Assembly (NCBI RefSeq): GCF_032191835.1 | Contig: NC_083223.1 | Location: 167,772,001 to 167,836,000, forward strand | Length of the DNA: 64,000 nt | From: Heteronotia binoei | Lineage: Eukaryota | Reading direction: 5' to 3' | Shown: in pieces, positions 1-9,353 of the stretch | Position numbering within the stretch: the first letter of the stretch is position 1 | Layout of the letters: the number at the start of each line of letters is the position of its first letter | Notes under the pieces: generated by a model | What the model was told of the DNA's origin: nothing | Database searches by the model: none | Seen by the model: only the letters and a program-made list of their open reading frames with translations | Made by a program: the position numbers and the translations under genes

Positions 1-1025
1 TGCTTTGTCTTACATATCGCAACTAAGTTTTTTAATTTTTCAGTATTCACAAGCCATCACCAGCAAAGAGATTAAATTGCTGCTGGCATGATGAACCATT
101 TACCTGTCCCCGTCAAGCAGTAAGAGCCCCAGAGGGTAAACAGCAACTGGTAGGGAGGGTGCACTGCATTGGCTAGAATTTATCTAGACAGGTTGCAAGA
201 GATCCCTATTTGGGTCTCTCTGTGTCTTTGGTGTTATTTAAAAGTAGGCACAGGAAGTCTTTGGTTTGGATTAGGGCTATGAAGAAAAGCATTCCATTTA
301 TTTCCTAGACAGAAATTCCCTAATTGCTGTTACCTAGTCTTTTTTTACATATACCCACAAGAGCTATTATCATCTGCTTTAGGAGGCAATTTCTGTGCTG
401 TAACAACACAAGAGGTAGAATTTAACCCCTCCTCTGCCTTTGCAGCACAGCTCCAAACCAACTGCAGCTCCATGGATGCTTTTAAGGAAATTTAAATACA
501 TCTGGAGATCCAACTCTGGATCTCTCATGTCTCTTCTAGTTAAGCCCTAATAACATGAACTGTGTGCCAGAAAATTCCCAGCTAATTCCCAGCTAATCAA
601 CTTCAGTCCCTTATGTGCAAGATAGGGAAAATGCTAGCCTTCCTTACAGACCAGGAACAATTTTTGTGAATATACATGGTGTGCTTCAAACACCTGAAAT
701 ACGCTATGTAAACAAATAGTTTGTTTGAAGTGAGAACATGAATTGAAGCACAAAGAATCACTAAAAGAATACTATCAGTCCGCATAACAAAAGGAGAAGC
801 TCTTCTGTTCCAGGTACACCCTAGCATGGTATTTCTCCTCATGCCAAGTACACAGTGAAGTATACCAGGGATAATATGTCACATCCTCTTACTTGTTGTG
901 TCTCTGTCTATGGTTACGATGACAACTCTGGTTTAGGAAATTGTAAGTTATATAACCATCCCTACCAGCAGGTGGTGCTGTTTCACAGCTGAGTGTATGC
1001 CTTGGTTCTATATATTGATTCCAGT

Positions 1026-1527
1026 TAGGCATTTTTTTGAGCAGGAATGTGCAGGAATGCAAAACTGCCCCATGACGCAGAGTGGTAAAGCTGAAGTACT
1101 GCAGTCCAAGCTTTCTGCTCATGACCTGAGTTCAATCCTGGCAGAAGCTGGGTTCAGGTAGCTGGCTCAAGGTTGACTCAGCCTTCCATCCTTTCAAGGT
1201 CAGTAAAATGAGTACTCAGGTTGCTTGGGGGGGAAATGTAGATGACTGGAGAAGGCAATGGCAAACCACCCCCTAAAAAGTCTGCCACAATGTCACCACA
1301 GAGTCAGAAACGACTGGTGCTTGCACAGGGGACTACCCTTCACCTTTTTATGTGCAGGAATACCGTTCCAGCTGGCTTGACTTCAGGGGGTGTGGCCTAA
1401 TATGCAAATGAGTTCTTCCTGGGCTTTTTCTCCCAAAAAAGCCGTGTGAAACAATGGTGACATCAGGGGTGTGTGGCCTAATATACAAATGAGTTCCTGC
1501 TGGACTTCTTCCACCACGAAAGCCCTG
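1026..1527. mobile_element. hAT-type MITE (CAGGGCTTTTT family) interrupted by a Sauria SINE
   Basis: Right end AAAGCCCTG. 8-bp TSD ATTC(C/T)AGT at 1018-1025 and 1528-1535. Two internal CTAATAT(G/A)CAAATGAG repeats. Confidence 0.75.
1067..1349 (+). mobile_element. Sauria SINE nested in a hAT-type MITE
   Basis: tRNA-like head, Sauria core and TGCACAGGGGACTACC tail. 12-bp TSD ATGTGCAGGAAT at 1047-1058 and 1350-1361. Confidence 0.88.
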
Positions 1528-1672
1528 ATTCTAGTTACTGATTTTTAAAGATCTCTGCTAGAGATCAGTTGGGAATCTTTGATTAAAGTTGGTTTCTTAA
1601 ACAAGTGCATTACATACAAAATTCTTGGAGTTTTGATAGAGGGAGTGCTCTGCAGAGATGAACACACACATG

Positions 1673-1970
1673 GAAAGGAAAGGTCCCCTGTGCAAGCACC
1701 AGTCGTTTCCGACTCTGGGGTGACGTTGCTCTCACGACGTTTTCACAGCAGACTTCTTATGGGGTGGTTTGCCATTGCCTTCCCCAGTCATCTACACTTT
1801 CCCCTCAGCAAGCTGGGTACTCATTTTACCGACCTCGGAAGGATGGAAGGCTGAGTCAACTTTGAGTCAGCTACCTGAAAACCCAGCTTCCACTGGGGAT
1901 CGAATTCAGGTCATGAGCAGAACTTAAGACTGCAGTACTGCAGCTTTAACACTCTGTGCCACGGGGCTCT
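1673..1970 (-). mobile_element. Sauria SINE
   Basis: Full-length copy with 12-bp TSD AACACACACATG at 1661-1672 and 1971-1982. Confidence 0.9.
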
Positions 1971-2594
1971 AACACACACATGAAGCTGCCCTATATTGAA
2001 TCAATCCATCAAAATCAATATTGCCTACTCAGACTGGCAGGGGCTCTCAGGGTCTCGGGCTGAGGGCTTTCATATCACCTACTACATGATTCTTAATGGA
2101 GACGCTTGAGATTGAATCTGGGACCTTCTGAAGAAGCCCTTTCAGTACGCCACAGGCCCTCCCGTAAATGTGATGCATAGAGTCTGTCCTCCAAAACTGC
2201 CAAAGAACTGGTCCCTGTGTAGACTGAAGATTCTGAGAGAGCTCCAGGCCCCACCTACAGGCTGGCAACCATATCTCTTCCCTCTTCCTCCTTGCCCTCT
2301 CAAATGCTGTTTCAAGAAGCTGGGAGGAAATTGAAAGGATAAAAGATGACCATGAGGTGCCAATTTCTACTTTTAAAATCAGCTCTCCCTTTAGTAGCAT
2401 TTTAACTATCTGTTTCTACAAATGTGTAAAGAAATAATCAGCTCAGTCCTAATCATGCATAAATAGGCATGTTAAAAGACTTAGGAAAAAATGTCCTTTC
2501 CATGTAACTGTGGTTTAATGTTGGGAAAAGACAGCTTTTCATGAGTTGTACGTAAATAACATAACCATTAAGTTCCTAATAATCGTGGCAGAGC

Positions 2595-2966
2595 AGTTTT
2601 TAAACTAAATCTTGGGGGAAAGCCGACAGATGAAATGTCTCTGGTTCGGGAGGACTCGTCTCAAAGAGATGAAGGGTTAGCTGCTATTTTTCTACCGGGT
2701 AACGGACCAGAGTTGTCCACTGTGAAGGTGACAAACAGTATGGACTATCTGCCAGAGTCTCGAGGCGGCAGGAGGAAGGTGGCGGGCCTAGCTTGCCTGG
2801 CAAATTATAGATGTTTGTATGCAAATGCTAGAAGTGTTCGAAGTAAAATTGGTGAATTGGAATGTTTAGTGTTGAGAGAAAACCTAGACATTGTGGGAAT
2901 TTCAGAAACTTGGTGGAATGAGGAGAATCAGTGGGACACGGTGAATCCTGGATATAAGCTATATCG
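2595..2966 (+). mobile_element. CR1 LINE fragment (end of ORF1 region and start of ORF2 endonuclease)
   Basis: CLYANARSVRSKIGELECLV...DIVGISETWWNEENQWDTVNPGYKLYR is the APE endonuclease N-terminus typical of CR1. Confidence 0.85.
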
Positions 2967-4173
2967 TGGGTTCTGGTTCGGGGCCCCGAGGGTGCCACTT
3001 CGACCCACCCGGATCTCGACGGATAAGACTGCAATGGAAAACAGGGTGTATTTTACTAAACAGTTTGGGCAAGTCCAATTCAACAGTCACTTTATTGATC
3101 ACCCGTTTGATCTTGAAGGGGCCGAGGAACCGGTAGGCTAGCTTCCGAGATGTCTGGGGAAGCGGAAGATTCTTGGTTGACAAAAACACAGTCTCTCCAA
3201 CCTTGAAATCCCACCCCGGGCTGTGCTTTTTGTCGAATTGGGCTTTATAGTCTCTTTTGGCCTCTTCCAGGTTCTCCTGGATGACTTTCCAGGAGCTCTC
3301 TAATGATTTCCACCATTGCTGGCATTCTGGCGAGATAGGGGGGGTGCTTCCGCCCGGGAGCGTTGGGAAAGGCTTCCCCTCGTACCCGTGCACAGCCTGG
3401 AACGGGGAGACTTTTATTGAACCAAGCAGGCTGTTGTTGTAGCTGTATTCGGCAAAGGGTAACAGCTCTACCCAGTTGTTTTGCTGAAAGTTCACATAGC
3501 ACCGGAGGTACTGCTCCAGAAGCCCGTTCACCCGCTCACTCTGCCCGTCCATCTGCGGGTGGTAGGCAGAGCTTAGTCCCTGTTCCATTCCCAGTAATTT
3601 GCAGAACTCCCGCCAGAAGTTGGCAACGAACTGTGGCCCGCGGTCACTAATGACCTTATCGGGGAACGAGTGGATCCGGGCCACGTGCACGAAGAACAGA
3701 TGGGCTAACTCTTTGGCGGTGGGGAGTTTTTTGCAGGGGATGAAATGGGCTTGCTTCGAAAATGTGTCCACCACTATGAGAATCACTGTCCGCCCTTTTG
3801 AGGGTGGTAGCTCCACGATAAAATCCATGGAAATCACCGACCAGGGTCGCTCTGCCGAGGGAAGCGGTTGGAGCAGCCCGGGCACCTTCCCTCCCCTCCG
3901 TTTGGCCATTAAACAAGTTGGACACGTTTGCACAAATTCAGAAATGTCTTTTTTCATGTGGGGCCACCAGAACTGCCTGTGCACCATGTGTAGGGTTTTC
4001 ACATAGCCATAGTGGCCGGCCAGTTTGCTGGTGTGGCAGTGTTGTAGCACTTCCACCCGGAGTGATTTCGGGACGTAAAGTTTCCCATCATGGAACCAGA
4101 ACCCCCCGTCCCCTTTTACCAACCCCTCCGGGCGGTCATTCCCTTCCGCCTCCGCCTCCGAGATCAACTTGCT
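2962..4173 (-). pseudogene. Gypsy integrase, C-terminally truncated
   Basis: HHCC (H..LAGH...CPTC), DDE (SMDFI, SDRGPQF, GQSERVN) and GPY/F (RFLGPFKI) motifs. It ends at PEPEPTI* at the deletion junction, where a chromodomain would normally follow in this clade. Confidence 0.9.
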
Positions 4174-4556
4174 CCCCCCCCCACGGGGTGCTCGGGGGCT
4201 TTGCCGTCTGTGAACGGGTTTGGACTGCGCCCGCCACTGCCTCAGGGGGGATGAGAGAGTCTATGACTTCCTCGCGTTCACTATCGTGCTGCGGGAGCCG
4301 AGAGAGCGCGTCGGCTAGAAAATTCTTCGACCCTGGTATGTGACGGAGGGTGAAGTCAAATTTGGCGAAGAACCCGGCCCACCGTATTTGCTTGCCGGTC
4401 AGTTTCCGGCGCCCTGTGAGCGCTTCTAGGTTTTTGTGGTCAGTCCAGATCTCGAAGGGAACCCTAGCCCCCTCCAACCACGATCGCCATGTTTTCAGGG
4501 CGAAGGTGACGGTGTAGGCTTCCTTGTCCCACACCGACCAGTTCCTTTGCTCGCCT
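4174..4556 (-). pseudogene. Gypsy RNase H C-terminal part and linker
   Basis: WDKEA, WTDHKNL and NFLADALSR motifs. A +1 indel in a G9 run (plus-strand C 4174-4182) separates it from integrase. Confidence 0.88.
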
Positions 4557-5717
4557 GTAGGCGCAGGGTCTTAGGCAGCCCCCCTCGTCCTTCTGCATCA
4601 GTATGGCTCCTACGGCCGTGTCGGAGGCGTCGCATTGGACCACGAAGGGCTTGAGCTCATTCGGGTGCACTATCACGGGTTCGCTCGTGAAGAGCCGCTT
4701 TAAGGTCTCAAACGCTTCTTGGCACTGGCTAGTCCAGTGGAGTTTCGCCCCAGGTTTTTTCGCTTCGGGCCCCCTCCCCTTGGTCTGCAATAGGTTGGTG
4801 AGGGGCAGGGCCACCTTGGCGAACCCCTGAATGAACGTTCTGTAGAAATTTGTGAACCCGAGAAATGATTGGAGCTGTCTACGTGTCCTCGGGGGTTCCC
4901 ACTCTAACACTGCTTGGATTTTAGCCGGATCCATGGCTAAGCCCTTCCCGGACACTCGGAAGCCTAGGTAGTCTAATTCTTCCTTGTGGAACTCACATTT
5001 GGACAATTTGGCGTATAGTTTGTTCTCATAAAGGGTGGTTAGTACCTCCCGGACCAGTTTGACATGGGAGGGCATGTCTTTCGAGTAAATAATGATGTCA
5101 TCCAGGTACACCACCACCCCCTTGTACAGGTACTTCCGGAGGACCTCATTGATAAAGTTCATAAAGACCCCGGGGGCCCCTTGCAGCCCAAACGGCATTA
5201 CTAGATACTCAAACTGTCCCATCGGCGTGTTGAACGCCGTCTTCCATTCATCCCCCTCCTTGATCCTGACTCTAAAGTAGGCGTCCCGTAAGTCTAACTT
5301 GGTGAAAATGGATCCCTCCGAGACGCTGCTCAACAAGTCTTTGATGAGGGGGATGGGGTAGGCATTGGACATCGAAATCCCGTTTATCCCGCGAAAATCT
5401 GTGCAAAGCCTAAGACTTCCATCCTTTTTCTTGCGGAATAGGACGGGGGCCGCATGGGGGGCCGTTGCTGGGCGGATGAACCCCCGACGGAGGTTTTTGT
5501 CGAGGAACTTTCGCAATTCCTCCTTTTCCGCCCAGCCCATTGAATACAACTTGGCTTTTGGAAGCAGCTGCCCTGGGATGAGCTCTATGGCGCAGTCAGT
5601 GGCCCGATGGGGTGGTAGCTCATCCGCTTCAATTTCGCTAAAAGCCCCTTTTAGGTCTCGATACTCCCTCGGGATCGTTCTCACTTCCTCTATGGTCACG
5701 CATATTTTTTCATTTTT
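4557..5717 (-). pseudogene. Gypsy reverse transcriptase and start of RNase H
   Basis: KLDLRDAYFRVRI, MPFGLQGAPGVF, VYLDDIIIYS and VQCDASD motifs. The frame breaks at 4557/4556 (CAY|...EQRNWSVWDKE), where a short deletion has removed the usual LS(R/K)KF-type residues. Confidence 0.9.
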
Positions 5718-6214
5718 GGGGGGGGCTGGGGTCCCCAGGACTCTCGCCATAGGTGGGAGGTGCACCGCCGATCCAGGAAGTCAATAGTGTGCTCCCCCCA
5801 CTGAATGTCCGGCTGGTGCCTTGCTAGCCACCCCACTCCTAGCACAATGTCAAATGAGCAGGAAGGCGCAATCACAAATACTTCTGGGTCCCAATGGTCC
5901 TCTACCCCCATGAGTATCTCCTGCGTTCTGTCGATGCAGGGTTCCCCCTTCATTCGTGTCCCGTCCATCTGCTCAAATTCGAGGGGCCGGGGTAGGCGCT
6001 CGCGCCCAATTCCTAACATGTCCACAAACCGCGGGGTGATTAGCTCCCGCGTGCACCCAGAGTCTATGAGTGCTCGGGCATGTACAAAGTGCTTTAATTC
6101 CACATTTAATAAAGTCAGTGGGATGAACATCAGTTCCCCCGAGATTCTCACCCGTAATGGTGCCGCTTTCTCCGGGACCTGCCGCTGGGCACCTTCTAGT
6201 ACAGGTCGTCCTCG
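5696..6214 (-). CDS. Gypsy aspartic protease, -1 frame relative to gag
   Basis: ALIDSGCT active site and DIVLGVGWL motif. The frame is open from the slippery site at 6214-6220. It stops after a C8 run (plus-strand G 5718-5725), where one extra C would join it to RT. Confidence 0.88.
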   Translation of the reverse strand, partial: RGRPVLEGAQRQVPEKAAPLRVRISGELMFIPLTLLNVELKHFVHARALIDSGCTRELITPRFVDMLGIGRERLPRPLEFEQMDGTRMKGEPCIDRTQEILMGVEDHWDPEVFVIAPSCSFDIVLGVGWLARHQPDIQWGEHTIDFLDRRCTSHLWRESWGPQPPPKMKKYA

Positions 6215-7674
6215 TTTCCCGACGGCTCGGCCTCCCAGGTATCGTCCCCAAGCTCTTCCAGCATTATAGAATCCTCGTCAAGCACCATCGACAGAGCGGT
6301 GCTGCTGTGGCTCGACTCCTTCGGCTTGCTGGGCTTCTTGGTGCCACCGCTTGGCCCTTTCGTGGCGGGGGTGCTGGATCTCGCCCGGTCCGGGCAGTTG
6401 GCGGCCAGGTGGTTCGGGTCCCCGCACTGGTAGCACTTGCGGGGCCCCGGAGTGATCTTGGGGCTCACCCCCCCTCCTGCTTTCTTGGGCTCCACTTTCG
6501 CAGCCGGCCGCCCGTCTCGGCTGGAGCGCGGTTGGAGTCCCTGGCGTTGGATCGCCACTTCCTTCATGTTGTTTTCGATCTCCCCCGCCAGCTGGATCCA
6601 GCCCACCAAGGTGTCGGGGCAGACCTGCCCCAGCGCCCGGTCCAGGATGCCCGGGTTAAGCCCTTTCTTGTACGCCCGGATCTTCATGGCCTCGCTCCAG
6701 CCCCTTATTTTGCGGCTGTGGTTCCGGAACTCTAGGGAGTACTCTCGGATCGACTTCCTCCCTTGGCGCAGCCCCTCGAGGGCTGCTATGGCCACGGTCT
6801 CCCTTAGGGGGTCTTCGAATTGGGACAGGAGGGCTTGCAGGAACCCCACCACGGTGGCCACTTCCAGCCCGTTCGCCTCGAAGAGGGTCACGTACCAAAG
6901 TTGGGCTTCCCCCTCCAACTTCGACCCCAGGTAGGCCACGCGGCTGCGTTCGCCGTGGAAGGACACCCCCCAGTAGTGCATGTAGCTGTTGGCCTGGATG
7001 ATGAAGTACTCTACTTTGTCTGGGCTGCCGTCGAACGTGACGAGAAGCTCCCGGGTCTTTACCCGGGGTGCCGGGGCTTGGGGGGCGCCCGGCGCCGCGG
7101 GCGCTCCCGGTGCAGCCGGAGCCACCGGTGCCACTGGGATGACTGGCGCGGTGGGCTGCTGCGGGATCGGGGCCGCCGCCCCGCCGGCGCCCGCGATAGC
7201 GCGGTCCACTTGCTTCTGCACCTCTTTTAGTATCAGAGTCATGGTGAGGTTCATCTCCCGGCGGAGGTCACAGCCCAGGATCTCGACCTCCCATCGGAGT
7301 TCGTCCATGGTGGCGGCTTTCAGGGAGGAGGCTCGCGATTCCTCGTCTTCACCATCTCGGGAGTCGCAGCTGTCTCTCCTCCGGCGTGGCCCCGGGCCTT
7401 CCTCGGGCTCCCCCCTTCCTCGGGGTCCGTCCGCTGGCTCGGGCGAGCCGGGTGGTGCATCCGGGTCCCCGGGGTTGCGGAGGAGGTTGGCGTGGCGTTG
7501 CACGGCCTCTTCCATCAGGGTAGTGGAGGTGCGGTGCTTCCACTTCTGCGGGGTGATGAAGAGCACTTGGCTGCTCACCTTCCGTGGCTTGCGTTTCTCG
7601 GTAACGTACCAAGCCGGGGACCCTGGCAGCTCTGGTATGCAGGGCTCTCGGTCGTCCGGTGCCTCTGTAGCCAT
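6196..7674 (-). CDS. Gypsy Gag, intact 492 aa (predicted coiled coil, capsid, CCHC zinc knuckle)
   Basis: Uninterrupted ORF with a retrotransposon capsid-like segment (TFDGSPDKVEYFIIQ...LRQGRKSIREYSLEF) and the knuckle CYQCGDPNHLAANC. Confidence 0.92.
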   Translation of the reverse strand: MATEAPDDREPCIPELPGSPAWYVTEKRKPRKVSSQVLFITPQKWKHRTSTTLMEEAVQRHANLLRNPGDPDAPPGSPEPADGPRGRGEPEEGPGPRRRRDSCDSRDGEDEESRASSLKAATMDELRWEVEILGCDLRREMNLTMTLILKEVQKQVDRAIAGAGGAAAPIPQQPTAPVIPVAPVAPAAPGAPAAPGAPQAPAPRVKTRELLVTFDGSPDKVEYFIIQANSYMHYWGVSFHGERSRVAYLGSKLEGEAQLWYVTLFEANGLEVATVVGFLQALLSQFEDPLRETVAIAALEGLRQGRKSIREYSLEFRNHSRKIRGWSEAMKIRAYKKGLNPGILDRALGQVCPDTLVGWIQLAGEIENNMKEVAIQRQGLQPRSSRDGRPAAKVEPKKAGGGVSPKITPGPRKCYQCGDPNHLAANCPDRARSSTPATKGPSGGTKKPSKPKESSHSSTALSMVLDEDSIMLEELGDDTWEAEPSGNEDDLY

Positions 7675-7727
7675 TCGCTAGAAGTAACTTTCGCCGATAA
7701 GCCCCTTGTTAGGGTTCACTTTCAAAA

Positions 7728-8198
7728 TGTCAGCGTAGTGTTCATTGAGATTCCAAAACAAAAGAACTCTTTCTTCAGAAATAAGTTTCTTTATTGGATA
7801 CACAATGTTTCTACTGGAGAAGACCATTGAAAGTGATAACATACATTGGATGGGTACTATCATATGTTGGGGGTACATCAAAGGCAGGGCCCTTTAAATC
7901 ACTTCTTAAAACAAAAGTTGCTTTCTCCCTCAGAGGTGTTTGATTCACACGCTTGCTATCTGTCTTTCCTGAGTCTACCCACACTCCCCCTTTCACTTGG
8001 CGGCCTTGCCTGGCCTGGCCTGGGAAACGGCGCGGTGTCTGTGTTCTGCCAGCCGTTTATTACCCCTGGCGCCCAAGGCCTCCCTCCCTCTGACATACCT
8101 TGCATTCTACTACAGGGCAAAAAGGTTAGTCTTAAACAAATAAACAGTATAGGCAATATGGTTAGTATCGATAGGAAGCGATTGAACACAAGCTGACA
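7728..8198 (-). repeat. 5' LTR of the Gypsy element (471 bp)
   Basis: Terminal inverted repeat TGTCAGC...GCTGACA. AATAAA on the minus strand at 7790-7795. Host CR1 3' sequence resumes immediately at 8199. Confidence 0.8.
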
Positions 8199-8241
8199 GT
8201 TGGCCTGATCCAACATGGCTTCTCTTATGTTCTTATGTTCT
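8199..8241 (+). mobile_element. CR1 3' terminus
   Basis: TTGGCCTGATCCAACATGGCTTCTCTTATGTTCTTATGTTCT is a squamate CR1-type 3' end with a (TTCTTATG)n-like tail. Confidence 0.7.
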
Positions 8242-8716
8242 ATTAAAAGCTGAGAGTCCTAGGGCTGCCAGATCCAGGGTGGGTAACTCCTGATTTGGTG
8301 GCAGAGTCTGGGGAGGACAGGTCATCAGTGGGGTGTGATGCTATATATTCTACCCTCCATTTTCTCTAGGGTCACTGATCTCTGTAGTCTGCAGACAAGC
8401 TGTAATTCCAGGGGATCCCCTGGCCTCACCTGGATGCTGGCATCACTAGCCAAGACATTTTTTTTCTTCAGGCAGCTGACAACTCTATAGTGATACATGG
8501 CTTTTGATCTAATAAGGATCCAATTGGTCAAATTTTAACACAGAAACATAACTCTTTGCATTATTTAAAAGAAATTATAGTAATAGTTCTCTCTTTTCAT
8601 ATTTGTGAGCAAACAGTAGAAAACTAATGCAACTTTACCACATTCATGTACTGCCATCTCCTGGATATTGTAAGAAACTAAGTGTAATATGAAAACACTC
8701 CCTAATTTCATTACCT

Positions 8717-9012
8717 GGGGAAAGGAAAAGTCCCCTGTGCAAGCACCAGTCGTTTCCGACTCTGGGGTGACACTGCTTTCACAACGTTTTCACGGCAGAC
8801 TTTTTATGGGGTGGCTTGCCATTGCCTTCCCCAGTCATCTACTTTCCCCCCAGCAAGCTGGGTAATTTTACCGACCTCGGAAGTATGGAAGGCTGAGTCA
8901 ACCTCGAGTCGGCTACCTGAAAACCCAGCTTCTGCCAGGGATCGAACTCAGGTCGTGAGCAGAGCTTAGGACTGCAGTACTGCAGCTTTAACACTCTGTG
9001 CCACGGGGCTCC
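8717..9012 (-). mobile_element. Sauria SINE
   Basis: Near-identical to the copy at 1673-1970. TSD TTCATTACCT at 8707-8716 and 9013-9022. Confidence 0.9.
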
Positions 9013-9137
9013 TTCATTACCTAGACAGTTCCACAATTCTAAGGGGCAAGCTAGATGCAACCTGACACAACCCAGCTAATTTCCTCAAAGCCACATAGTT
9101 GCTGCAAGGACTGTCATTTTTAAAATTAGCAGAATAC

Positions 9138-9353
9138 TAGGGTTGCCAATTCTGGGTTTGGAAATACCTGGAAATTTTGGAGAGTGGAGGAAAGGAGAGA
9201 GTTTGAGGAAAGGCAGGTCCTCAGTGAGGTATAATACCATAGAGTTCTCCCTCCAAAGCAGCCATTTCCTCCAGTGGAATTTATTTCTGTTGCCTGAAGA
9301 TCAATTCTACTTCCATGAAATCTCCAGGACTCTCCTGGAGGTTGGCAACCCTA
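9138..9353. mobile_element. hAT-type MITE (TAGGGTTGCCA family)
   Basis: TIR TAGGGTTGCCAA / TTGGCAACCCTA. A related degenerate copy lies at 8260-8448. Confidence 0.75.

Larger units (their letters stand above)
2962..8198 (-). mobile_element. Ty3/Gypsy LTR retrotransposon, Tf1/sushi (chromovirus-like) type; 5' LTR retained, 3' end deleted
   Basis: Domain order gag-PR-RT-RNaseH-IN on the minus strand, one LTR at 7728-8198, and an abrupt end after the GPY/F region at about 2962-2966. Confidence 0.95.

Noticed and set aside
1067-1150. tRNA genes at SINE heads
   Set aside because: The tRNA-like A and B boxes belong to SINEs with tails and TSDs; no complete cloverleaf gene is seen.
2635-3141. 168-aa ORF as a novel gene or an endonuclease-integrase fusion
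   Set aside because: It is a CR1 endonuclease fragment running by chance into the antisense strand of the Gypsy integrase across the deletion junction.
3245-7830. Many overlapping and antisense ORFs across the Gypsy element
   Set aside because: These are expected by-products of GC-rich coding sequence and have no recognisable domains.
8090-8095. Alternative LTR boundary CTGACA at 8090-8095
   Set aside because: The boundary at 8198 gives a longer terminal inverted repeat (7 bp versus 6 bp) and abuts the resumed CR1 sequence exactly.
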